The notes under the pieces are model-generated. The model was given only the letters and a program-made list of their open reading frames with translations. It ran no database searches and was not told the DNA's origin. Shown in pieces: positions 35,286-49,294 of a stretch of 64,000 nt of DNA; positions within the stretch are counted from its first letter, which is position 1; every line of letters begins with the position of its first letter. Origin of the DNA: Mobula birostris (Eukaryota); NCBI RefSeq assembly GCF_030028105.1, contig NC_092379.1, positions 25,785,821 to 25,849,820 of the forward strand. The letters are read 5' to 3'. Made by a program: the position numbers and the translations under genes.

Positions 35286-36739
35286 ATTATTTAATTTTTC
35301 CAGGCGCTCTCACATACAACACAACGACTCCTTCCACTCGGAATGACCTGTATGCAATCAAAACTATATCGGCCTAAGTATTCGTTATGTTTTTTTTTTC
35401 AGAGAAGTCATATTTTCAGGGGCTGTAGCGTTACAACACCAAATCTCATGCGCTAAGCTTGCTGATCGTTTCTGCGTTTCTGTATCAAATTTGGCGTCCC
35501 TAATTTCTGCTGAAAAGAAAAGTAAAAACGCTGTGTTCTGCTTCTTTGCTGCACCATCGCTTCGTTGCACTCCCTTTCATTCTGCTGGTAGTCTCTGACT
35601 CGCCGAGCAAAGGCTATTTGATGACAGTCTTCTACACGAGTAGCGCCAGTTCTCCTCTGAGTGGCGCTCTGCATTTAACATCAACTCGTAAAGTAACTGC
35701 AACTTTTATTTTCTCTCTCTCTAGTTTCTTTGATAATTTGTCACGGTGAGCTGCCGGTTTGGAATTGGTTAGCTTCTCCAGGTTATGTGTATCTCCATTC
35801 TGGCAGTTTGTCTCCTGTCTGCGGACACGGAAGTAGAGACTCAAGTACAGCATTAGAATAAATGTTACAAGTCGGTCTTTATTATTAATTTTCTTCGGGG
35901 TAAGATGTTCCAGCACAATGATATACCATAATTTGTTGAATCTCCGAGGCCAAATCTTATCTAATTAAGGAATTACGTTTTTCGAGATAGTGATTGTGCC
36001 CCTTCTTTAATATATTATTGCTAGGCCGGAGTCTTTAAGACAATGTAGCAAGCGCTGCACTCACAAATATTTTCTGGTGCAGTCAACAAACCATGGGGCG
36101 GCCACTCTAGCTGTTTCGCATTATCTGGGTACCCTGCACCGACATTGAGATAAATCAGACCGATTGTCCTCTACCTTCCTTACCGCAACAGAATATACCG
36201 AATTGTTGCTCCGCAACACGGTCATCTCTCACCCAACCATATACGTCTACTTGTTGAGCCAAAAATGCATGAAAGTCTCAGGAACGTCAGACAAAAGCTC
36301 ATTGTGACAATTATGTATAATATATTTCGAATATCGTTCGACTATTTAAAGTAATAAATTTAGCTTTCATGATGACCGACCATAACCTTTCAAATCGCCC
36401 AGGTATAGAAGGTATGTCAGTGAGGACAAGTTTGATAGCCACTCATTTCATAATTCAATTTCCTCCGATTTAGTAAATTAAGCAGCGTGTTAATGCTCGA
36501 GAAATTCATAGTGGGCTGGCAGAGTCCCACTGAAAAAAAGCCTCGATTTGTTGTGATCAATGTGGTTGTTCTGCTGCTAGTTACGATGATTATATTATTC
36601 CAATGTTCCAGTTGATGCTCAGGTATTTTTTGTAGAATTGGGTATAGATTATATATATTAAAGAAGGAAGGGCGTCAGAATGAATTGTCCTTTTGTAGTC
36701 ATTATAACAATAGTAAGCCAGAAACCTGTTCATATTCAA

Positions 36740-37141
36740 GCCTTCACAGTGTGGTACAACTCAACTTTGACCGGCCCAAGAATCCCCTCATTACAAGTGT
36801 CTAAACCAAATTTTGAACCGCAGATATATTTAGAATGTATAAATAGCCTATCGGACATTAATAAATAGGTGATTAATGCTTAATTAATGTTTCAGAGATC
36901 TAAAATGCATTTTAATAGATACGGGTCAAATTTGACTCGGAACAGCCTCAATGTACAAGAAATTGTAGCACCTGTACAATATTCTTTAAAATATTTTCAT
37001 GTTTCCGCATTTTGGGTCACTTTAGGAAAAGTCACGAAATTTTTGTACAAAACAAAATGGCTTTTAGAGTGTTTTTTTATTTTTTTTTACTGTTGTCAAA
37101 TGTCAACAAGGGGCAAATTTGACCCGAACAGTATGTAAGGG
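36740..37141. mobile_element. piggyBac-like MITE, inverted copy of 19042-19393
   Basis: Ends GGG-TTAA (37139-37145). The left end ccttcacagt...ttgaccggccca.gaatcc matches the reverse complement of 19340-19395. Confidence 0.65.
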
Positions 37142-37449
37142 TTAATCGACTACAATATAATCCAATTCAACTTACTTTCCAACTTTTAAAACTGGCGTTG
37201 ATTCTCAATCACGTTTTATTAAAGTTACATACAGGTCTTTCTTTTTATTTGTTTAAATAGAAAGAACGAAACTGTTGCAATGTATATAGGCTGATCATAA
37301 CCCAAGATAAAGGTACAATAAAACATTAGTATTTAAGGATGGTATCTGCTACCTAAGTTAGATCACTTATTTGTGAGCAACGTTCAGATAATGCATCTTG
37401 AGTTTTCTGAAATTCGCGCTGTTTAAGTACTTCAAACACTTATAATACC

Positions 37450-38200
37450 ACAATACCATTGGACATAGAAAAGGAAGTAGGCCATATAACCCATCGGTCT
37501 ACTGCGCCATTTCGTCATGACATATCCTCTTATTCTCTCAACCCAAATTTCCTGCCTTATACACACATCGATTCACCTCCTGATCAATTTAAGAATATGT
37601 CTACCTCTGCCTTAAATATAGATAAATAATTGGGCTACACAGCTGTTTGCGGCAAAGAGCTTCACAGATAAACCACTGTCACTCAAAATAAATCCTTCAT
37701 CATCTCACGTCTAAAACGAAGCCCTTCTATTCTTAGGCTGTATCTTCTGGTACTAGGCTCTCCCACCATAGGAAATATCCAAACCACATCCCATCTACTA
37801 GTCTATATCCAGTGCCTTCTGAATTGTTTCCCGAAAGTCCGCCAGTGCTGATATGCCGGTATCTCGGCCAGAGTTCCTTTCTAATCGATTCTGGCCAACT
37901 CATCTCTCATGCTTCTGTAATACAATTTATCCTCTGTAATACTGATATATCTGGCCTTAGGCCCACCTCTCTCAAATTTCACAGTGAATTTGATGGTATT
38001 ATGATCACTTTCTCCAAAGGGTCCTTATACCTTCAAATGTCGAATCAATTTGTGTGCTTTCCACAACACCCAATTCCATTCAGTCTACTACACCTTGCAG
38101 AATTTTTTTTTAGCTCTATTCGCAATGTTTAAACACCTTCCATCAACATGTCATCTCCCCCAATGATCTGATTTCATTGTTTTCCAACAAACACGATTAC
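37450..38200 (-). mobile_element. Decayed CR1 3' fragment
   Basis: Antisense 3' UTR start (catagaaaaggaagtaggccat...) and RT remnants. Confidence 0.5.
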
Positions 38201-38509
38201 ATATTATTTGTCTCTGTGGAACACTTCAAAATTACGTTGTTATGACCTGGATATTATAGAGTTGAAATGTTCGATAAAAGTCAACGATCCTGAAACGCCC
38301 TCTTAAATGAAACTTGTCAGTGATGGGTTGCAGCCCTTATAAAGATAGGCACTATTATGTTTCAGCATGATGAGCAACAAGAGATATGTTATTTTTAATT
38401 GGATATAGAATGAGATATGTGAGGTGACTACAGCCGAAAGAAATTCACATAAACGTTTCATAATGATCAACCAGCATACATCGCTTCACCTCCATTTTCG
38501 TCATGACAA

Positions 38510-41360
38510 CTTCAGATGAATACGAATTGGCAAATATGATGTTGTAGGAATAACAGAGACATGGCTGTAAGAGAACCAGGGCTACGAAATGGATATTCAA
38601 GGGTATACGTCCTATCGAAAGGACAGACCGGTGGGCAGAGAGTGTGGGGTGGTTCCGTTGGTAAGGAATGAAATTCAGAGCCCTGCGAGGGGCGACATAG
38701 AATCAAGAGGTGTAGAGTCAGTATGGATAGAACTGAGAAATTGTAAGGGCAAAAAAACCCTAATGGGAGCTGTCTGCAGGCCCCCAAACAGTAGCCTAGA
38801 CATAGGGTGCAAGTTAAATCAAGAGTTACAATTGGCAAGTCGCAAAGGTAATGCTACGGCTGTTATGGGAGAATTTAACATGCAAGTATACTGGGAAAAT
38901 CAGGTTATACTGGACTCTAAGAAAGGGAGTTTGTGGAGTGCCTCCGGGATGGATTCTTAGAGCAGATTGTACTGAAACCTACCAGGGAGATGGCATTTCT
39001 GGATTTAGTGTTGTGTAATGAAACGGATTTAATAAGGGAACTCGAGGTAAAGGAGCAATTAGGAGGGTGTGACCATAATATGACAAGTTTTAAACTAGAG
39101 TTTCAGAGGGAAAAGGGAAAATCGGAAGTGTGAGTATTGCAGTTGCACAAATGGGGACTATGGAGCCATGTGGGAGAAGCTGACCAAAGTAGACTGGAAA
39201 AAATACCCTGTCAGGGATGACAATGGAACAACAATGGCAGGTATTTCTGGGAATTATACCGAAGGTGCAGGATCAGTTCATCCCAAAGAGGAAGAAAGAT
39301 TCCACAGGGAATAAGGGGCGACCGTGGCTGAAAAGGGAAGTCATGGACAGTATAAAAATAAATGAGAAGAAGAATAACATAGCAAATATCAACGGGAAGC
39401 AAGATGACCGGGGAACTTTTAAAGAGCAACAGCGGATAACTAAAAAGGCAACACGGGGAAAAAATATGAGATACAAAGGCAACCAAGCCAAGAATGTAAA
39501 GGAGAACAGTAAAAGCTTCTTTAGGCATCTGAAGAGGGAAACAAATAGTTCAGAACAAACTTTGGCCCTTGAAGACAGAAACGGGTGAATTTATGATGGG
39601 GAACAAGAAAATGGCAGACGAGTGAACAGGTACTTTGGATCAGTCTTCACTAGGGAAGACACACACAATCTCCCATATGTAATAGAGGCCGGAGCACCTA
39701 GAGTAACGGAGGAACTGAAGGAGATTCACATTTGGCAGAAAATGGCATTGGATAGACCGATGGGACTGAAGGCTGATAAATCCCCAGGGCTGATGGTCTG
39801 CAACACAAGGTACTTAAGGAGGTGGCTCTAGACATCGTGGAAGCATTGGTAATATTTTTTTCCAAAGGTCTATAGATTCAGGATCTGTTCCTGCGGATTG
39901 CAGGGTAGCTAATGTTATCCAACGTTTCATGAAAGGTGGGAGAGATAGAACAGGGAATTAAAGACCAGTTAGCCTGACATCAGTAGTGGGGAAGGTGCTG
40001 GAGTCAATTATAAAGGATGAAATAGCGGCACATTTGGATAGCAGTAATAGGATCTGTCCGAGTCAGCATGGATTTACTAAGGGGAAATCATGCTTGACAA
40101 ATCTGCTGGAATTTTTTTGAGGATGTAACTATGAAAATGGACATGGGAGAGGTAGTGGGTGCGGGGTACCTGGACTTTCAGGATGCCTTTGAGAAGTTCC
40201 CACATCGGAAATTAGTGGACAAAAATATACCACATGGCATTGCTGGTAGGGTACTGACATGGATAGAAAATTGGTTGGCAGACAGTCCACAAAGAGGAAG
40301 GATTAACGGGTCCCTTTCAGAATGGCAGGCGGTGAAAAGTGGGGTACCGCAAGGCTCGGTGCTGGGACCACAGCTATTTACAATATACATTAATGATTTA
40401 GATGAACGGATTAAAAGTAACATTAGCATATTTGCAGATCACAAAAAGCTGGTTGGCAGTGTGAAATGTGCGGAGGATGTTGAGATACTGCAGAATGTCT
40501 TGGACAGGTTGGGTGAGTGGGCAGATGCATAGCAGATGCAGTTTAATGTGGATAAATATGAGGTTATCCACATTGGTAGCATGAACAGGAAGGCAGATTA
40601 CTATTTGAATGGTGTCAAGTTAGAAAAAGTCAAAGTACAACGAGATCTTAGTGTCCTTGTTCATCAGACACTGAAGACAAGCATGCAGGTACAGCAGTCA
40701 GTGAAGAAAGCTAATGGCATGTTGGCCTTCATAATAAGGGGAATTGAGTATAGGGGCAAAGAAGTCCCTCTGCAGTTGTACAGGGCCCTAGTGAGATCAA
40801 ACCTAGGTTATTGTGTAGAGTTGTAGTCTCCAAATTTGAGGAAGGACATTTTTGTTATTGAGGGATTGTGACGGAGGTTCACGAGGTTAATTCCCGCGAT
40901 GGCAGGACTGTCATATGTTGAAAGATTGGAGCGACTGGGCTTGTATACACTGGCATATAGAAGGAGGAGAGAGGATCTGATTGAAACATATAAGAGTACG
41001 AAGGGAATGGACACGTTACAGGCAGGAAGCATGTTCCCGATGTTGGGGGAGTTCAGAACCAGAGGTCACAATTTGCGAATAAGAGCTTGGCTATTTAGAA
41101 CGGAGATGAAGAAAACTTTTTCTCCACGAGAGTTGTGGATCTGTGGAATGCTCTGCCTCAGAAGGCAGTGGAAGCCAATTCTCTGGATTCCTTCAAAAAA
41201 GAGTTAGATAGACCTCTTAATGATAGCGGAGTCAAGGGATATGGGGACAAGGCAGGGACAGGGAACTGTTTGTACATGATCAGCCATGATCGCAGTGAAT
41301 GGTGGTGCTGGCCCGAACAGCCGAATGGCCTCCTCCTGCACCTATTGTCTATTGTCTGTT
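38510..41360 (+). mobile_element. CR1 LINE ORF2 (endonuclease plus RT), degenerate
   Basis: YDVVGITETWL, VESVWIELRN, LDLVLCNE, YLDFQDAFEK, SGVPQGSVLGPQLFTIYINDLD, IFAD. Tail ctattgtctattgtct at ~41342-41357. Confidence 0.95.
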
Positions 41361-42089
41361 CAACTAAGTTTTCCAAAATTTACTCAAGCACAATGACGAA
41401 CCTGCTTTCTTGTGGCTGTTTGATTAGCCTCAAGTTCGCAAAGCCAACTCCGAATTTGGTAATTGAGACATCAACGTTTGGATGAAGAAAACAGCTGAAT
41501 TTTCTTTTACGGGACGCTTTTAAACTAGTCCATTAATCTCAATCGATTATTTCTGATGTTGTTCTATTTGTGAGCCCAAAGGTTAGCTGCGTGTTTTTCT
41601 TCTTTTTTTGTTTGTTTGTTTTGGGAACTACACAATATCTGTCAGCAGACATTGCACGGAGCATCCTGGTTGATAGCGTTACATGCTGCAAATGTATTAA
41701 ACAATTTGTTCATACAGTGTGTGGCATTAAAGGGATGATTACGAATCACCAAACTTAGCGATGAGGTGGAGAATAAAAAATGTTGTCTGTGTTGTGAAAT
41801 AGTTCACTTTCAAACGAGGATCCGCCAAGAGGATTGTCAGGAGGCTTGATCCAAAAACAGAGCAGAGACGACATCTTAGCAGTAATCAGAATCAGGTTTA
41901 TTATTACAGGAATGTAACATGAAATTTGTTAACTCAGCAGCAGCAGTTCAATACAACGCATCATCTAGCAGAGAGAAAAAAAAAATAATGTACTGGTTTC
42001 TCTGTAATGTTCGCTGCTGAGGTAACGGTTTCACTGTAGCAGCAATATTTGGGTTATGGCTGGGAATAACGTAATTGTAGTATGTGTGT

Positions 42090-42480
42090 GAGCCAATCGG
42101 AAATTGTTGCTTTGTCTTCTGTATCCGGAAGGCTTTTTTTTTTTGTTGTTGTTGTTTTCGCGGTCTTTTGTCGACGACAGATGAAGAGGAAAGACTGGGG
42201 CAGAGAGAGTTGGTAGACCACGGGACGGAGTGGACTGGGATCTGAAGGTTCGGTTCCGACGACGCTCGGAGGCCACCGCTGATAAAATAATTGCTGCTGA
42301 GTGAGCTCCAACGTGAGCATTAGACTAGAATTGGGCCATTTCAAAAAATGTCATTACTAACCGTATATTCAGATTAAGATTCATATAGTTCAATAATTTA
42401 ATTCCATATGGTGTACTGTCTGATATTTTGTGTTGTGGGATTGTAACTGGGGGTATATTACACAGCAACCAGACAGAAGT
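42090..42480 (+). mobile_element. LTR-like repeat, same family as 17410-18075
   Basis: Shared blocks with the 17.4-18.1 kb copy. Confidence 0.45.
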
Positions 42481-42549
42481 GATTACCCACTTTGGCGGGG
42501 TCGAAGGCTGTTTCCCTTAAACAAACACGAGCTGGGCGAGACTGTTAAA

Positions 42550-42581
42550 ATAATATTATTAATAATAATAATAATAATAAT
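42550..42581. repeat. (AAT)n microsatellite
   Basis: aataatattattaataataataataataataat. Confidence 0.9.
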
Positions 42582-42959
42582 GTAAATGAATAACGTATAT
42601 GGTATTGAATAGATTTATTAAAACGTGCAAAAGCAGATAATGCACACTTAAAAAGTGAGGTGGTGTCCAAAGATTCAATGTCCATTTTGGAATCGGGTAG
42701 CAGAGGGAAGGAGCTATACCTGAATATATATAAATACATACAAAAGAGCAAGCCAGGAGGAGCCGTACAATCAAAGAGAACAGGCATATGAAACAGGCTA
42801 TGCGTAACTGGATGAGGCTGGCTGTTATAATGGATGAGGAAAGACAGTGCTTGAGCGTTAGGTTTAAATAGGCTACCGTTGATGTCTTGGAAAGGAGGAA
42901 CAAAAGACTGCTGTTAGTTGGGTGCAAACTGGAAGTGTCTGCCCATGCACAACGAAGAA

Positions 42960-44560
42960 GACACGAAGAACCCTTCCCCATCTTCAATTGAGGCGGGCAT
43001 CTGACCGCTCAGGATGATCCGGATGCGTCTGCTGGACGATCTCTATGATCCAAGATGAAAAAAAAAAAAAAAAAAAAACAACATCAAATGTCTCTCCTCC
43101 GGGTTGTGCCCTTTCCTTTCGGCTAGGGACTGTACTCATCTCCTGCCACATCAAGCCGACAGCCGGCGAGCCCTGTACACTAGATAACTTTCCACTACCT
43201 TTGTTTCTGGACATGCAGGCTTAGTTGAATTTAGTGATCCATAGTCTTCACTTGAAATGTAGGTGTGATCCTACGAGACGGTGCAGCTGGAAAATGTACG
43301 CGTCTCGTTGACAGAATGGATAATCATAAAGCGTGCAACGGATGCGGGAGAGAACTTGAAAAAGGCATTCCACGGAATCTGATTTTCGGTAGACACCCTG
43401 TCACGTTCCCCAGGTCTTAGACATATGGATGGTGTTGCAAGGACGTGGCGGTGGTACGAACCCAAGTGATGATCAGAGGCGCGGAGGCCGAGTCGTGAGG
43501 CGTTATAGTCGTAGCAAGTCTGGAATTGGTGTCCAGAGAGAGTCTTTAGCCGAAGTCCTGGTTTTAGTAGAGAATTCAGGGACGATGTTAGACTTAGAAC
43601 TGATAGTTCTAAGAACCATGGAACGAGATTATTCATACAATAGTCGACCAACGAACTGACAACTCCTTTTTGTGTCACAGGGTCTTTATCCTGCAGTTTC
43701 TGATGGGAAGCAGGTGTGTGTAGTTAGTGGAAACTGGGAATGATTGGAATTTAAATGAGGTGATTGAGGCCCAATTCCTGAGGTTAATAGCATGGTGGGG
43801 GATTGCCAGAAGGGCCCGTGACAGATGGGTGCCGACGTAGTTAGACAAGCAGCTGTAGGCGCGGATGGGAACTGGTTGCCCTACTCCAAATATCTGGCCA
43901 TCGGCTAACCAGGACCCCAGTAGACAAGTTCTTCAACGTGGGCTGAACTGCGATGTGTAACGGGGATTAAAGTCAAGAAACACTTAAACGGTTGACATAA
44001 CCCTGGCAGCAGAGGGGTGAGATTGAAGATTATTTCGGCCCAGAGCTGATCTTTCTGCATGATCAACGTTATTAGCGGCGAAGATTCGCTAAATTATCAA
44101 CACCTGCTGCTTGGTGCTTTCTGACCTATAGTTTCTCTGTAAATGATTCCCAGAGGACAAACTGTCTTAAGGGTTGTGGACAGAACATTAGGCTCGCCAG
44201 AAAAAAAAAAAAAAATGATCACCGTGGTCGCGTCATCTAATTTCAGACGCTTGGTAAAATCTGTGGAGATGTGTTACCATTGCATTTAAAGGACTGGTAG
44301 GTGCCACAGTAGTCCAGCTGGCCGCTGCTTGGTGCAGTTATACTGTCACAATAACAGCAGGCAGCAATAACCTTTCGTGCGTCTCATTACCTTCTGGAGT
44401 GCCATCAAAAATTGCATTGCAGAAATTTCAGTGGGCGTTGTGCGCTACGAATGCCAGAAAAACGTGATGACTCGTCTGATCGATGTGTTCCAAAACGCAT
44501 TAAGGCTTCATGCCTTAGTCATCTGTTTTGTCCCGTACGGTGGGCCCAGATACGCTTTGA
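42960..44560 (-). mobile_element. Decayed chromovirus-type Gypsy pol (RNase H, integrase, chromodomain)
   Basis: Minus-strand integrase C-terminal remnants (LVPW...SLTSS; DHH...LATP..RPG.RDRVST...FSP). Chromodomain-like VYRARRL...VQSLAERKGHNPEER at ~43090-43180. Purine tract gatggggaaggg near 42970-42985. Confidence 0.65.
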
Positions 44561-45149
44561 TTTCAACATGCTAGACAATCTGGGCCGGGATCCGTAAGGT
44601 TGGAATGGTGGGCTGTGGATAGACCTGAGTTTCCACGGTTCAAACTCCTGCTCAAGGGTTCTGCGTGCCTTTGAGGTATTTTGGTCCGAAATGTTGAATC
44701 TGAAATGCTAGTAGAAAAGTGCCAGGCTAGAATGATGTAATCTATGTTGGCATTTCTCTTATATACAAATGAAAAGGTGATGGTTATTCCAGATCAGAAG
44801 TTCTCGGTGCTCCACAACAGAAAAATCGCAATGTCTTCAGTGCTCAATTAACTCTGAACAGCTCCCTTTCTCTTTACCCAGTACGAATCTCTGTGAATTT
44901 AAACTTGTATTTTGCGATGCTGACTAGGCTGGAGGAAAATATCCGCAGTGCCACTACGGATGTGCCCGCCACTACTAAAATAAGGCAGGGGGTGATAGGA
45001 TAGCGAAGCATGGAAGCGGTGGTGAATATTCTTCTGAGCTGCTGGCAAAGATGTCGAACAGGCTGAGAAGCAGAAGGCAGCGAGTCTGAATAAAACGGGG
45101 CCTTTTCTGATTGCCTGCCCCTGACTGCTAGTATTCCTGAGCGGTCAGT

Positions 45150-46128
45150 ATTGGGACAGCTTCATTTCACATTGTCTCTGTATGATTTAGATAATGGACT
45201 TGATGGGTGTGTGACAATGTTTACGGATGATAGGCAGGTAGGTGGTGGGTTTGTATTGCTGACGAGGCAGTCCAATTGCAGCAGGACTTAATCAAATTGT
45301 ACGAATGGGCAAAATAGTTGCAGCATTTGGATACATTTCTGAGAAATGCATTACAGTGTATTTTATTAAAAGCAATAAAACTGCGGACTATTATCTAATA
45401 GGCACAAGGTTTACGCATCTCTGTTAAAGAGAGACATAGTAGTCCTAGGGCAGGACACCCAGAAGGTTAGTTTGTGTTGAGTCTGTGGGGAACGCAAGGT
45501 TTGCATTTATTTCAAGGGAATAGAACTTAAAAACAAGGAGATAATGCCGAAGGTTTTTGAGGCGTAAGGCAGGCCATACTTGCGGTATTGTCAACAGGTT
45601 TGGACTCCGTATCTCAGAAAGGAATACTTGTCATCCAGAGGAGGTTCACGAGGATGACGCCGGGAATTAAGGTGTTAACGTATGAGGACAGTTTGGCAAC
45701 TTTGGGACTGTACTTAGCGGAATTTTGAAGATTCCGGTGTGTTTTCGCTGAACCCTACCGAATGTTGAAAGGACTAGATGAGGTGGATGTACAGGATCTT
45801 TCCTATGGTGGGATGCCCCGATCTGGAGGCACAGCCTTAGAATTGAGGGAGGACAGTTTAGAACAGAGGCATGAGGATTATCTTTGTGTTTGTTAGCTTT
45901 TTTTTTTTTTCGCAGCAGAGTGTAGTAAGTCTGTGAAATGCTGTGCCACAGACTGCGCTGGAGGCCAGGTCAGTGGACATAATTAAAGAGGAATTTGATA
46001 GTTTCCTGATTGGTCAGAGCATCAAAGGATATGACACGATGTCAGTTGTCCAGCCATGATGGAATGCCGCAGCAGTCCCGAAGACCTGAATGTCTTTTTT
46101 TCTCGTATGTCTTATGGTCTTATGGTCT
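45150..46128 (+). mobile_element. Old 5'-truncated CR1 fragment
   Basis: DNGLDGCVTMFTDD (KFADD-like) motif and tail tatgtcttatggtcttatggtct at 46106-46128. Confidence 0.75.
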
Positions 46129-46471
46129 AAAACCGTAGTTTGCGGCAGGACACTAGCTGGCACATGAGATAAGTGGTTTGCTGAGGAAGGTGGGTGGAGC
46201 TGCAGTACTTCACGAATCTGCGGTAGATGGTGGAGAAGTGCATGGAGCGGTGTACCGGTTTGAGGAAACGCAGTACATGCCATAAATTGACCTCGCTCAC
46301 TTTCCTTGGATACTTAGTAATGCCTTGGGATGGAACTATATAAACCAAGAAGGAAATGACGGGATGTGGACCTAACCCTTTTCTGACTTACAGTTCAGCT
46401 GGTTTTCAGTGAGACGATGAAGGACTGAACTCCGGGGTTTTCCTTCCACTTACTTTATTTTTGGAGCTGCA

Positions 46472-46631
46472 NNNNNNNNNNNNNNNNNNNNNNNNNNNNN
46501 NNNNNNNNNNNNNNNNNNNNNNNNNNNNNNNNNNNNNNNNNNNNNNNNNNNNNNNNNNNNNNNNNNNNNNNNNNNNNNNNNNNNNNNNNNNNNNNNNNNN
46601 NNNNNNNNNNNNNNNNNNNNNNNNNNNNNNN
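46472..46631. other. N gap or masked tract
   Basis: Run of Ns. Confidence 0.95.
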
Positions 46632-47229
46632 TATTTTTGGTGTGTATTTTATTATGGGTTATGGTAATTTGTCATCTGCGTTGGGGCATGGTACAAGCAA
46701 TTGATTATTTTCACGTATTATCCTTTTGTGACGTTAGTTTAGTTTATTTTGCGAGAAAATTCATTGAATATTTTTCAAGGATTCTTTTGTTATTTTGAAT
46801 GTCTTGCGCAGTTTGCTTATTCCGTTATTTTTTCCTGCTAATTACGCTAGGTTCATTAATATGACTAATTTTGATAGTTAACCTTTGCTAGTTTGGTAAT
46901 GAAGTATAGCATGTCCTTATTTTGATATGGAACTCAGTTATTTCGAAGCGGTCATATAATGTGGATTCCGTCAATCAGTGTCTGAAAGATATTTATCCGT
47001 GTTTCATTTGGTTAAGGTAGCAGCGGAAATACTGATCGGCTGAGGTTTCCCTCGTGTGTTGATGCTCACTAATGCAGAAAGATAAAGGAATTTCGAATGT
47101 CTGTGCATACCTCTGGAGCAACTAAATTACCGATCTGAGGCAGTGTTGTCCCTAAGAAATGTGCAGAAGATAATGAAGAAAAGTTAATATCTGAAACGTT
47201 GAATAGTGAGTTATCAATGAGGAACATAA

Positions 47230-47330
47230 GGAAATCTGCAGTTGGTAGAAATTCAAGTCAATACGCAAAATGCTACAGGAATACAGCAGGTCAAGCAGCA
47301 TCTATGTAAAGCGTTAAAAGTCGGAGTTTG
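47230..47330 (-). mobile_element. Decayed PLE terminal fragment
   Basis: tctgcagttggtagaaattcaagtcaatacgcaaaatgct...cagcaggtcaagcagcatct resembles 15385-15460. Confidence 0.6.
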
Positions 47331-48192
47331 GTCCAGGATTATTTTGCACGAGAATGCATTGTTTGCATTGCTTCTATGTTGAAAGCTGACTTGTATCAGT
47401 GTCACCTGAGCAAGAAGCGGTCTCTCGCTATCATGACGCTCAATCAATTAGTGCTAAAGGCTGTTGACAATTCTCATACTGGATAAGAAACACAAATAGT
47501 GCTCTGACTGTGCACCAAAGGTGCAATGAGAGAAAACATGAAGGATGTGGCTGTGCATCAAGGTATAGCTTCAGTAGAGACGATGCTCTGTTGGTAATTG
47601 TCCACTAAATCTGATACTTTCAAGTTCATTATGACAATGCAGGTTAGTCCATAGACTAGCAGAGGTGTCCTCTCCACAGTGACGACTATATATAATCATT
47701 TAAGAATGTTGAGTCCAATAGTGCTGATCGGAAAATTCTACAGCATTTAAGTAAAGAAAAAAAAAAAAAAAAAAGCTTGGCTAGACTGACACTGTTGGGA
47801 CGTCAGTTGTTCACCAGTGCACAACCTGGCTGGAAGATCTCTATCAGTAGGAAGGCTCTAAATTCGTTTAATGTTTGCAGCCACTGGATTATGGAGAATT
47901 TAGTTTTGCACAGTTCCAACGGTTTCAGACGTATGTGAAAATACGCCCTCTAAGGTGCATAGTGTTTTTATCATGGGATTTGCAAGCTAGCTTCTTTGAA
48001 GTTAGTTTCCATCGTTGTATAGCTCCTGCTGTCATAAAGGCAACCCGTACTGCGACATTACGAGGGAATGAGTTGCACATGCTGCTTCCTGATTCAATGT
48101 ATTGGGCTGATAGCACCTCTCAAAGCAAGTATAGGACGAAAGAAAGTTACAGGTTTAGACCCTTCGTTGCAGTAGAGGTTCCGGAAATTCTT

Positions 48193-49294
48193 TGTCACAA
48201 TGGGGGAGAGGGTTGGGGGGGGGGCGTTGGGAACGGACCCAAATGCAAGACACAAACACTGAAGTACGAGGAAAAGGACTTGAGTATAGTAGGATTGCGA
48301 CAGGTTGCAGACAAGGAGCAGGGTAAAGAACGCGACTTGCGCTTGAACCCCAAGCCAATGACCGAACATGGACGCAGAATCTGGGTCTTGCTTCGGGCTC
48401 GGGACCTAGAACCAAGTATGGACATGACATGACTGCAGGACTGAAGGCTGGGGTCTTGGGGCTTTAGGCTTGGAGACATGCATGGGGTCTTGAGGCGTGA
48501 GGCTTGGAAACAGGCTTGGGGTCTTGAGGCTTGAGGCTTGGGGTCCTGAGGCTTGAGGCTTGGAGACAGGCTTGGGGTCTTAAGGCTGTAGGCTGGGGTC
48601 TGGGTTCTTGGGTCTTGGAATGCGGAGGCTGGTAACTCGGAGACAGACTGGGAACTGTACATCAACATGGAACCTGGACTCATCCGTCGAAAAGCCGGAA
48701 ATAATCTTCAACACCTCACCAACATGAGACAGGACAGTGCATAGTCATAAAGCCGGAACTCAAATTAATTTCCACACCAAGTTGGGACAGGACCATCCGT
48801 TGGGTAACGATAGGACGGCCGGACTTACCCAACAGAGGCAAAGACAAGAAAAGAGAGGACCCCCGCAGGGCAACGGCAGAATGTCCTGATTTACCCCACA
48901 GCGGCTAGGACAAGACAAGAGAGATCCCCCCACAGGACAACAGTAGAACGGCCTGCCTTACTCCACAGAGGCGAGTACAAGAAGAGACAAACACCAGAGA
49001 CAGATAGTTTCATCTCTGCATTGGCGATTGAACTCGACAGTGGTGCATTCCAGGCATCCAGGCAAAGAGTCAGGCGAGGCTACTGTCAGAGATTCATGCG
49101 AGGGGGAAAAGACGGGGAGGGGAACGGGACAGTTCAGGAACGAATCCCTGGTTTGTAGAGGTGTTTATGACTCAGCCCCAAAACGAGAATCCTAAGCACA
49201 AAACAGTAACTGGGGAAAACCACAAACCCCGGAACAAGGAACCATGGACTGAATCGGGAACCGGAACACGAACTTCACAGACCGGGCTTTGACA
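48193..49294. mobile_element. Solo LTR, 1102 bp, with 5-bp TSD
   Basis: TGTCA...TGACA termini with TTCTT on both sides (48188-48192, 49295-49299). G-rich degenerate tandem repeats at ~48440-48620. Confidence 0.8.

Noticed and set aside
35632-35916. Minus-strand ORF with YFRV, as a possible inverted V
   Set aside because: No conserved Cys/Trp pattern and no RSS at the expected position.
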